Source: Candidatus Thorarchaeota archaeon (GTDB lineage: Archaea; Asgardarchaeota; Thorarchaeia; Thorarchaeales; Thorarchaeaceae). Taken from it: DNA of 59,601 bases. A model generated the notes under the pieces. It was not told the DNA's origin. It worked only from the letters and a program-made list of their open reading frames with translations, and did not search any database. Made by a program: the position numbers and the translations under genes. Of this stretch, positions 10,903 through 19,073 are shown piece after piece; position 1 is the first letter of the stretch; every line of letters starts with the position of its first letter. The stretch is taken from the NCBI GenBank assembly GCA_046482545.1, contig JAWOEX010000008.1:1-59601 (forward strand), read 5' to 3'.

Positions 10903-11325
10903 ATGCGTAACCAGACATCATTCGCGCTTTGTATCATCGGGGGATTTCTCTTGATTTTGGCGGGTTATACTCAAGGAGTGTCAACGATTCATGTAGTCTA
11001 TAATCTCGCACACTCGATACCTGCACTATCGCAGTTCTATTGGCTGATTGACTTGGTGTTGTATGTTCTCTGGATCATCGCCTTGGCTGGGGGATTTGCA
11101 GTGATTTTTGGTGGTTACCTGCTTACCACTTCTCACATAATTACTGGTAAATTCATCGTTGCTATTGCATCTGGTTTCGGTCTATTGAGCCTGATAATCA
11201 CAATCATTCATGCGTTGATTGTATTTGGATTAGCTGGACTATTGGTCCTTGCTTGGTTCATAATGAATTCAGCATGGGCGTTAGGATTGATTTTGACAAT
11301 CATTGCTAGGCAAAAAGCTACCTAG
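10903..11325 (+). CDS. Hypothetical 4-TM membrane protein
   Basis: Four hydrophobic helices and a basic C-terminus. Confidence 0.7.
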   Translation: MRNQTSFALCIIGGFLLILAGYTQGVSTIHVVYNLAHSIPALSQFYWLIDLVLYVLWIIALAGGFAVIFGGYLLTTSHIITGKFIVAIASGFGLLSLIITIIHALIVFGLAGLLVLAWFIMNSAWALGLILTIIARQKAT

Positions 11326-11426
11326 AGTGCTAAGCACTTCTATTTTGGTGTGGTATCTACTTACGTGAAATACACTCCACAGATAAGAAGAGGAAACGTT
11401 AAATTTGATATTGTTCTAATTCTCTT

Positions 11427-12499
11427 TTGGTGTTTTCGTTGGGAGAGAAAGAGAAATCCAATGTAGCTGAGAATGGCTTGAGAGAAGACATAGCTCAGGA
11501 GCTTGCGATGTGGAGAAGTGAAAGTTCTACTCTCATTCCTGATTTTTTTATCAAACATCCTGATGAGCGATTTGATTTTCAGGATTTCATGGAACGGGCC
11601 ACAATAGAAGGAAGCAGGCTCATCAACGGGGAAAAACGCAAAATCTAATCTCTGACGAAGAAATCCAATCTTACTTCAGAATGAAGAGATATGTCGATGA
11701 AAGATTTTCCTTTTCCAATATACCGATTCCACAGGAAATGGAAGTAAATCAGATTGATGCGAATGGTGTGTCAGCCGAATGGCAGAATCATTCAGAAGCA
11801 GATGACGACAAGGTGATCTTGTATTTCAAAGGAGGCGGATTCACAGCGGGGTCGGTTAAGAATCATCGTTGCATCACCTTCCCAATTGCACGATTATGCA
11901 AAACAAAGATGCTCAGCATTGATTATAGGCTTGCCCCAGAGCATATATTCCCCGCCTAGATTCATGATGCCTACAACTCATATACGTACCTTCTTGAGGA
12001 GGGATTTTCTGCCTCCAATATTGTAATGATAGGCTTATCTGCAGGTGGCTCGCTTGCTCTTTCACTTCTTGCGAAATTGAAGCAAGATGGAATAAACCTT
12101 CCAGCTGGTGTAGTTCTCAAATCTCCTTTCACAGACGTATCGATTACGTCATCAGTTTTTAAGAGTTGGAGTCAGTATCCCGTAGAATCGGAAGCAGGAA
12201 TCTTTCTTCAGTTCGCGGGAGTGAAGGCATGCTTTGGAATGGCAGATCTCGAGAGCCCTCTCGTTTCTCCCATTCATGCCAATATGATGGGTTTCCCGCC
12301 AATGCTAATTCAAGTTGGAACCAAAGACATAGCCTATGATCAAGGAAGAGAATTGGCAAAGAAAGCAGAGCAGGCAGGAGTCAATGTTACTCTTGAGCAG
12401 TACCAAGACATGATTCATGGATTCCATTACATGGATCTGCCCGAAAGAGCTGAAGCTTTCAAGAATATTGCCATGTTTGTCCATGAAACTCTCGATTGA
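11427..12499 (+). pseudogene. Disrupted hormone-sensitive-lipase-family alpha/beta hydrolase (abhydrolase_3)
   Basis: YFKGGGF (HGGG-like), DYRLAPEH-x-FPA, GLSAGG, SPI, HGF motifs. An in-frame TAG at 11957-11959 joins ORFs 11681 and 12026. An apparent frameshift lies at GGGGAAAAA (about 11628-11636). Confidence 0.8.
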
Positions 12500-12615
12500 A
12501 GAAAACTAGGGGCACTAGATGCTAACCATCAGCCTGAAGTCCCGTTACATAATTGATTTCAACTTCTTCTCCATATTTTGCTAGGAGACAGAAAATTTCG
12601 TCCGAATTTGTTATC

Positions 12616-12628
12616 AAAAAAAAAAAAA
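12616..12628 (-). terminator. T13 tract (minus strand) downstream of the DUF2061 gene, archaeal oligo-T terminator
   Basis: 13 consecutive A on the + strand, about 40 nt after the DUF2061 stop. Confidence 0.5.
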
Positions 12629-12667
12629 CAGGTACGCCATAGTGCGACATTCGTCAGTGAAGGGATA

Positions 12668-12907
12668 TCACGTTCTTGCTTTCTCTGACCCCTGCTTGCC
12701 GAAGTTGACCTTGTTCCAGATTCTCTCGTGTAGGAAGTAGAGTGGCATTCGAATGCCGATATCAGCAATACCTACTCCGAGTGTGAAATCCAGTCTGCCT
12801 GTTACAAGGAAAATTACCGTCATAATTGATGCAGTGACAAGGATTCGCCAGCTGAAAGTCTTTACAACACTTCTATGCTTGCATTCTTCGAGTTCGACTG
12901 TAGCCAT
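12668..12907 (-). CDS. DUF2061 family small membrane protein
   Basis: RSVVKTFSWRI and YFLHERIW motifs, 2 TMs. Confidence 0.85.
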   Translation of the reverse strand: MATVELEECKHRSVVKTFSWRILVTASIMTVIFLVTGRLDFTLGVGIADIGIRMPLYFLHERIWNKVNFGKQGSEKART

Positions 12908-13090
12908 GGGAGAATTCCTATTGGCTCTTACATTCTATATTTTCATATTTGACATACTAAAACAACCTAGCTCGTATCAGTAGTCTTTTAGCAAAGGTGG
13001 ACATACTCACGAGAATCTGGAAAATCTTTCAACCGATAGCGACTTATTGCACCTCTGGGAAATAGAAGATACTTCGGTAGATGATCACCA

Positions 13091-14065
13091 TTGATAGTAA
13101 CAGTAACAGGAGTCGTAATCCTAGCATTAGGCATCCTTTCGTTGGCTCTAGCGTTCTACGGAGGCTGGATTGCTGCTTCGATTACGGAGGGTTCAGAAAT
13201 CGAGAACGAACACAGGTCTGAATACCTCTACTACCTGCTTTCCATGATTGGGCTCATTGTCTTGGTGACACGGCTCTTCAATGTGCCTTTGTTCTTCTGG
13301 CTGTTACAGTCGTTAGTTCCATTCCTACCTGGTGCAATGTGCGCGTATGGAGTGGTGAACGCCGGCTATCCTTTCTCCACAATGGCACTCTTGTCCAAAC
13401 TAATCCTACCGCTGTTTTACGGAGTTTGGTTGACTATTGATTTAGCAAATCGAAGGCAGCCGCGAATTCCACTGATGAAAACATTGGCCAGAACTTTTCT
13501 GGTAGTTCTGCTCCCATTGGTTCTATTCGATAGTACCGTGGATTTGGTTTTCGTAATCACATTGCAACCGATTGATGTGCCTTGTTGTTCTAGTGTGTAC
13601 GATGTGAATCCTCCCTTCTCTCCATCATCGCTCTTTGGACCCGTCGTAAGCTTTGTAATAATGGCACTGACAGTCATCTTGGCTCTCGCTCTGTCCGCTT
13701 TGCAATGGCTCCGGAAGGACTCCAACCTAGTGCGATTTGGCACTGTTGCGCTTTCGGGAATAGTGGCTATTCTGTATGTTCTGGCGATTCATGATGTCTT
13801 GGCACCTCTTTCTCTTGGCCTTGCTACTCACCATTGTCCATACTGTCTGTTCCAGGAGTTTCCTGATACAGCGCTTTTTGCAGGTGTTTTCTGGCTTGGA
13901 ATAGCAGCCTCTGTGTGGAGAGTGATTCTGGAGATTACTTGGAAACGAAATGGACTTGATGGAAAACATATAGAGATCATTGCCTTGGCTTTGCGAAAGA
14001 TTTCATCTGTAGCCCTACTGTTTAGCATGGTATCAGCAGTCTCACATATTATGCTGGCTCTATAG
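13091..14065 (+). CDS. Multi-pass membrane protein with conserved-looking Cys/His motifs (GAMCAYG, PCCSS, HHCPYC), probable metal-binding partner of the NosL-like/FtsX module
   Basis: About 8 TMs with three Cys/His clusters in loops. Confidence 0.65.
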   Translation: MIVTVTGVVILALGILSLALAFYGGWIAASITEGSEIENEHRSEYLYYLLSMIGLIVLVTRLFNVPLFFWLLQSLVPFLPGAMCAYGVVNAGYPFSTMALLSKLILPLFYGVWLTIDLANRRQPRIPLMKTLARTFLVVLLPLVLFDSTVDLVFVITLQPIDVPCCSSVYDVNPPFSPSSLFGPVVSFVIMALTVILALALSALQWLRKDSNLVRFGTVALSGIVAILYVLAIHDVLAPLSLGLATHHCPYCLFQEFPDTALFAGVFWLGIAASVWRVILEITWKRNGLDGKHIEIIALALRKISSVALLFSMVSAVSHIMLAL

Positions 14066-14124
14066 GACACTCTGATAGGGTAACTACCTTTCTGTTCATT
14101 TTAGCAACAAGCAAGGACTGATAT

Positions 14125-15423
14125 ATGACCCCCAAATCCAAATCGACGAGAACCATGCCGAAAATCGCAAGAGGCCTAGCGGATATTCCTGCGAAAACCA
14201 TCTATGTGCTGTTGAAGCTAGCTGAAGAAGGAGATGTTGTTAGTCTTGGCGTCGGGGAACCCGATCTCGATGCACCTCCAGCGGCAATAAATGCAGCAAC
14301 CAAGGCTCTCCAATCCGGAAGAACCCATTATTCACCCGACCCAGGTCTGTTTGAACTAAGGGAAGCAGTTCGAAAGAAAACCGTACGGGACAACAGGTTT
14401 GATTTTGATCCTGAACGCCAGATTATTATCACACCTGGGGCAAGCGCAGCGCTCTTTGGTGTGTTGCTTGCGACAGTCGAAGAGGGTGATGAGGTCATCA
14501 TTCCGAGTCCGGGCTATCTCGCCTATGAACCAGTGGTGCAGTTTACAGGTGCCACTCCCATAATGGTCCCATCAGATGAAAGCAATGGATTTATTCCCCA
14601 AGCTGACACGCTAAAGGATGCTGTGAATGAAAACACAAGAGGTTTGATCATCTGTACTCCCAACAACCCGACTGGAATGATGTGGGACAGGGAATCACTC
14701 GAACTTGTGAGAGACCTGGCTGTAGACAATGACTTCTATGTGTACTCGGACGAGCTTTATTCCAACATAGTCTTTGATGACAATGAACATGTAAGCATCG
14801 CTTCACTTGATGGCATGGATAAGCTTGCGGTAACCATTAGCGGCATGTCGAAGAACTACTCTATGACCGGATTCAGGATCGGTTGGGTAATTGGTTCGGA
14901 GAGTGTCATAAGTGCGTATCGCAAAATCCACCAGTATACCGCGATAGCTGCGTCCACGCCTTCTCAGATAGCTTCGATAGCCGCTCTCGAAGATTCAGGT
15001 GGTTATGTCGATGAGATGGTCACAGAATACGAGCGAAGGCGACGGTTGCTTCTACAGCGTTTTGCAAATGACATACCCCTCATGAGGGCAGTAAAGCCAG
15101 ACGGATCGTTCTACATGATGGTGAGTGTTGCTGAATTAGTGGAAAAACACATGGATGATATGACTGCATTCTTGAAATCTGAAGAAAACCGTTGCCTCTA
15201 CGATAAATTCCCTCAGGCTGCTAGGGATTGGGTACATGAGGGTCGCTCAGGTTCAAAGATTACGGTGCTGTATCTTCTTTGCAAAGCTGGTGTTCTGACG
15301 GGTCCTGGCATCGCTTTTGGAGAATCGGCCGAGAACTACCTGAGGATATCTTTCGGACAAAGCTACCCCTTGATTGAAGAAGCGCTAGACAGAATGGGAC
15401 AGACTCTTTCAGAATGGAGATAA
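14125..15423 (+). CDS. PLP-dependent aminotransferase class I/II (aspartate aminotransferase-like)
   Basis: SLGVGEPD, TPNNPTG, SDELY and SKNYSMTGFRIGW (PLP lysine) motifs, YLRISF. Confidence 0.92.
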   Translation: MTPKSKSTRTMPKIARGLADIPAKTIYVLLKLAEEGDVVSLGVGEPDLDAPPAAINAATKALQSGRTHYSPDPGLFELREAVRKKTVRDNRFDFDPERQIIITPGASAALFGVLLATVEEGDEVIIPSPGYLAYEPVVQFTGATPIMVPSDESNGFIPQADTLKDAVNENTRGLIICTPNNPTGMMWDRESLELVRDLAVDNDFYVYSDELYSNIVFDDNEHVSIASLDGMDKLAVTISGMSKNYSMTGFRIGWVIGSESVISAYRKIHQYTAIAASTPSQIASIAALEDSGGYVDEMVTEYERRRRLLLQRFANDIPLMRAVKPDGSFYMMVSVAELVEKHMDDMTAFLKSEENRCLYDKFPQAARDWVHEGRSGSKITVLYLLCKAGVLTGPGIAFGESAENYLRISFGQSYPLIEEALDRMGQTLSEWR

Positions 15424-15518
15424 TCAAAGGCAAGCGTTAATTCATATCATGAACGCTCTTCGATAGCGATAGACAACGTAGTTTCTTCCGCCTTTCTTGT
15501 CGCGTAATCTCACTCTAC

Positions 15519-16202
15519 CTAATCCGGCAAATCTATTCTCCCCTCCCTAATGTCTACCACGGTATCCGCCCAGTTGAGAACATGATTATTGTGAGAAGCC
15601 ACCACGACAGTCATGTCTTCCTGGTCTATGAGATGGCGCAACTGGGAAAGCGTATTTTTCGTTAATTCGATATCCATGGAACTGCCTGGTTCATCAGCAA
15701 TCAGAATTCGAGGCGAGTTGATTAATGCACGCGCTATACTCACCCTTTGCTTCTCCCCTCCACTGAGTTCTGCAACTCTGAAATTCTTGCGATGGCTCAA
15801 CTCAAGCTTCTCTAGTTTCTCTTCCGCCTGTTCCTCTGCATCGGAGATACTCATGTCTGTACAGAGCTTTGGAAGGGCAACGTTCTCTACTGCACTTAGA
15901 TGAGGAAAAAGATACTCTGATTGAAACACAATGCCAATCTCCTCTCTCCTCATCTTCGTTTTGAAGACTTCAGAAGTACCTGAAGTGCTAGTACCTCTGA
16001 GAAAAACCTCCCCACGACTAGGAGATGTAAGCAAAGAGATGATGCTCAGCAGTGTTGTTTTTCCGGCTCCACTCGGTCCTGCAATGGCTGTTGCCTTACC
16101 TTCCGCTATCTCCAGAGTTACGTCAGCCACTGCGTGGACTTCTCTGTCTGATTCAATATGATAGGTCTTCCAGACATTCTCAAGCCGTATGGGATTTGTC
16201 AT
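15519..16202 (-). CDS. ABC transporter ATP-binding protein (LolD/MacB-type)
   Basis: Walker A GPSGAGKTT, LSGGEKQRV signature, ILIADEP, SH. Confidence 0.93.
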   Translation of the reverse strand: MTNPIRLENVWKTYHIESDREVHAVADVTLEIAEGKATAIAGPSGAGKTTLLSIISLLTSPSRGEVFLRGTSTSGTSEVFKTKMRREEIGIVFQSEYLFPHLSAVENVALPKLCTDMSISDAEEQAEEKLEKLELSHRKNFRVAELSGGEKQRVSIARALINSPRILIADEPGSSMDIELTKNTLSQLRHLIDQEDMTVVVASHNNHVLNWADTVVDIREGRIDLPD

Positions 16203-16203
16203 T

Positions 16204-17418
16204 TTACACCCCTCGCAAAACGATATCTGGTTCGGTAATGGCGTTGCGCCACGCAGGGATCACCGAAGCAACTAGAATCGGAACGATACCAACGGCGTAG
16301 GCTGTGAATATGGTGCTTGGTGAAACCACGAGCGGCATACCACCTACGAGCAAACTGGTGCTCCACCCTAGAACAAATTCTGAAAGAAGAGGTGCCCCCA
16401 AGAAATAATCGTAGACTATTGCAAAGCTGATTCCAGTGCTACACCCCAGCAGGCCAAGAATGAGGTTCTCGAACATACGAATTTCTAGGACATCAACTGT
16501 GTCGAATCCAAGTGCCTTGAGAAGACCAACTTCCCTCCGTGCTTCATCTGAGCCTGAGCTTGAAACTGTGAATGCAAGAAGAACCACAACAAGTAGCAGA
16601 ACAGCCCAGAGCAACGCTACTATGCCGGCTCGAACTGAATAAGCACGAAGTCCCATATCCCGCATGGCGGATTTGCTGAGTATCCGTGCCTCCGGAAAGG
16701 TGTTATCCATTTGAAGCGCTATACTGTTGGTATTGTATCCCGGACTTGTCCACACTGCGATATCCGTGCACGAGTCGTTGGCAACTCCTAGCACCTCTCT
16801 CGCGCTCTGAATATCGGTCATAAGGAGATCATAGCTGTAGATTTTAGATTCGCTGGAAAATATCCCAACGATTTCAAAGGGAATGAGTGAGTTGTCATAA
16901 GCAATCAAGCTTATTTGAGAACCAACACCTAGGCTTACTGATGTCATTGACCTTTGCATCAAATCCAGAATTCCTTGTCCCACAATAAGCTTATGCGTGT
17001 CATTCTGGGGCAGGAACGATCCCTCTCCTATGATATCTGTTCCAACTGCTCCTGGTGTCTCTTCATATTCCACAGGATCAATTCCCATAATCGTCAGCAA
17101 TTTTCCACTACCAACATCAGCGTACCCCCAGACACGGGGTAGGACATCCTCAACTCCACTGTATTCAGTAAGATTGTCACGCCAAGAAGTGGGGCATGGT
17201 GCTTGTCTTCCACCAACAAGCTTCTGTACGGTGATGTCTGGACCTTCATCTAGGGAAAGTGAGAGATCTTGTGTGACACCTTGCCGGATGAATTCAATCG
17301 AGCAAAGAAGTGACGTGGACATGGCTAGTGCAATAATGATAGCAGCTGTCTTGCTTCTGTGTTTGATGATATTACCGATTGCATAATTTGCCAGATTAGC
17401 GTGCTTTCTTGCGCCCAT
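16204..17418 (-). CDS. FtsX/MacB-like ABC transporter permease
   Basis: N-terminal TM, large extracellular domain, RREVGLLKALG motif, C-terminal IPAWRNA..EP. Confidence 0.9.
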   Translation of the reverse strand: MGARKHANLANYAIGNIIKHRSKTAAIIIALAMSTSLLCSIEFIRQGVTQDLSLSLDEGPDITVQKLVGGRQAPCPTSWRDNLTEYSGVEDVLPRVWGYADVGSGKLLTIMGIDPVEYEETPGAVGTDIIGEGSFLPQNDTHKLIVGQGILDLMQRSMTSVSLGVGSQISLIAYDNSLIPFEIVGIFSSESKIYSYDLLMTDIQSAREVLGVANDSCTDIAVWTSPGYNTNSIALQMDNTFPEARILSKSAMRDMGLRAYSVRAGIVALLWAVLLLVVVLLAFTVSSSGSDEARREVGLLKALGFDTVDVLEIRMFENLILGLLGCSTGISFAIVYDYFLGAPLLSEFVLGWSTSLLVGGMPLVVSPSTIFTAYAVGIVPILVASVIPAWRNAITEPDIVLRGV

Positions 17419-17812
17419 ATGATGACCTCCCGATTAGAATTATGATTGCAGGTGGTATAAGTGAAAAAGCAATGAATAACATGATTATTCGAAGATTAGC
17501 TAGTTGACGACCAACGGGAATTGGTGATAATGGGATATCCAGAGATACTGGATTCTCATGAATGACTGGACTCACTATTGGATTGCCCCTGTAGAGTGAA
17601 TAGCCACCTGGGATGTCTCCTAGGATACCATGAATGGTTTCCAACATTGGTGCTCTGAAGCTATACGAATCTTGAACTATGCTTGGCCCCAGCTCAGGAA
17701 ATGGCCATGGTGCTCCTCTAATGGCTTGCAGACTATGAAAGAGGGCAAAGGCGATACTAAATGATACAAGGACAATAATGAAAGCCACGACTGCCTTTTT
17801 CCTATGCTTCAT
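17396..17812 (-). CDS. Hypothetical 2-TM protein with a Pro-rich extracellular loop
   Basis: N- and C-terminal hydrophobic helices. Overlaps the permease start, so part of the operon. Confidence 0.6.
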   Translation of the reverse strand: MKHRKKAVVAFIIVLVSFSIAFALFHSLQAIRGAPWPFPELGPSIVQDSYSFRAPMLETIHGILGDIPGGYSLYRGNPIVSPVIHENPVSLDIPLSPIPVGRQLANLRIIMLFIAFSLIPPAIIILIGRSSYGRKKAR

Positions 17813-17822
17813 TCTTCTCCCT

Positions 17823-18293
17823 TCATTCCGGCCAAATGTATGGATTCTCTATTCGCTGCCCACCATACTGAGTGATGAAATGACTCTCACACAGCTCCTC
17901 ACCGTATGCGTCTTCGCAGAGCGCCACTATGGTTGGTTCTTGGATGGTAGGATTCACATATTCTTCAGAATAGACCCAGACGATCATGGGGTCATTCCAG
18001 TCCATTTCCATGCCGCAGATTGGACAGTGGACTCTGATATTCTCAAGCAGAGTGATTTCTCCTGTTGTTTTCAGTTCCTCAAAAGCCAACAGAGAGATGT
18101 TTATACAACAATAGTGTCTTTCAGTTCCATTTGTGAACGTAAATGTAACCTCGTTGCCTAGCCGATCCTTGATGAGATTGCCTGTCCAATCACAATAGTC
18201 TGTTGTAGGCAAGGTGATAGTATAGGTGTATATCGCCACGCAACCTAGGATGACAAAGACGATTTGAACCATCTGTTTCTGCTGGTGATTCAA
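17823..18293 (-). CDS. NosL-like / TRASH-like Cys-rich membrane-anchored metal-binding protein
   Basis: N-terminal TM, then YCDWTGNLI..TNG..HYCC, HCPICGM and a C-terminal F-x-x-x-YGG reminiscent of the NosL fold. Confidence 0.55.
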   Translation of the reverse strand: MNHQQKQMVQIVFVILGCVAIYTYTITLPTTDYCDWTGNLIKDRLGNEVTFTFTNGTERHYCCINISLLAFEELKTTGEITLLENIRVHCPICGMEMDWNDPMIVWVYSEEYVNPTIQEPTIVALCEDAYGEELCESHFITQYGGQRIENPYIWPE

Positions 18294-18307
18294 CTCAGAT
18301 TCACCGG

Positions 18308-18514
18308 CTACTCAGCAGTTTCAAGAGATGTGTACATGCCTAGGAAACTCAAGATCGCAATGCTCAGACCCAAGACGGTCTCTACATCGCGAGTGAACCA
18401 GCATCGCATCTCTGTAACGCAGACCGGTGCAAAAGTCCAGGGCGCAATTGCTACAATAATCCCAAGAATCATCGTCAGTAGATAGATAATTGCTTCAGTT
18501 TTCATGTTCTTCAA
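18308..18514 (-). CDS. DUF4418-like small 2-TM protein
   Basis: PWTFAPVC..MRCWFT motif between two TM helices. Confidence 0.65.
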   Translation of the reverse strand: MKNMKTEAIIYLLTMILGIIVAIAPWTFAPVCVTEMRCWFTRDVETVLGLSIAILSFLGMYTSLETAE

Positions 18515-18531
18515 TCCTGTCTTCGAATGTT

Positions 18532-18927
18532 TTAGATATCGATAGTATACGTCTGTGAATCAGCTGAATTCTGCATCTCATCGAATGCAGTTACGTAGAA
18601 ACTGTAACTGTCTCCACTGCTCACCTTCCCGACGGAAGCCACCCAGCGGCCGCCTGCAATACAAAGGCAAGCAAAGAATTGCATGTCTCTTGTTTGCCAT
18701 TCACCATCGTTTTTCGAGAAGTGTAGCTTTGCTCCCGAAACACCAGAAGGGTCAATGCAATAGATTACAACCCGTACTTCATCATCTGGCTTTGGTGGGG
18801 ACGGTCTTATGTCGATTTGATAGATATTGGGTCCGCTTACATCACTGAAGGCTGCAGAATAGATAGCCCATGAGAGTCCAACTACGAGGAGAACTCCGAC
18901 GCAGGCCAACTTAGTCTTTGTCTTCAT
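18532..18927 (-). CDS. Exported/anchored Ig-like beta-sandwich protein with a CxC motif
   Basis: N-terminal signal/TM, DPSGVSGAKLHFS..W and YVTAFD..N pattern, FFACLCIAGG. Confidence 0.6.
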   Translation of the reverse strand: MKTKTKLACVGVLLVVGLSWAIYSAAFSDVSGPNIYQIDIRPSPPKPDDEVRVVIYCIDPSGVSGAKLHFSKNDGEWQTRDMQFFACLCIAGGRWVASVGKVSSGDSYSFYVTAFDEMQNSADSQTYTIDI

Positions 18928-18984
18928 TCAACTCACAGACTCCAAGCTACTCAATGAGGTGGTTGTGAAGAATATCAGTCTTTC

Positions 18985-19032
18985 GTCGAACTCTTTTTCG
19001 ACTCGGTGGAAAGTATAAATACCCAGCCGAGT
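18985..19032. promoter_or_regulatory. Divergent promoter: BRE/TATA box (GGAAAG-TATAAATA, TATA at 19014-19021) flanked by inverted repeats
   Basis: GTCGAA-N6-TTCGAC at 18985-19002, and ACTCGG (19001-19006) ... CCGAGT (19027-19032) bracketing the TATA box. Confidence 0.5.
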
Positions 19033-19073
19033 GTATAGCGAAAATCAAAGCCGCTTTCGGACGGATTGAGACA

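Noticed and set aside
11957-11959. Pyrrolysine readthrough of TAG
   Set aside because: The gene also has a frameshift, the family is not a known Pyl user, and TAG ends many normal genes in the window.
15519-18293. Nitrous oxide reductase (nos) cluster, suggested by NosL-like and NosD-like domains
   Set aside because: No nosZ, nosR or nosY is present. The NosD-like repeats belong to surface proteins and the ABC is FtsX-type, not NosFY.
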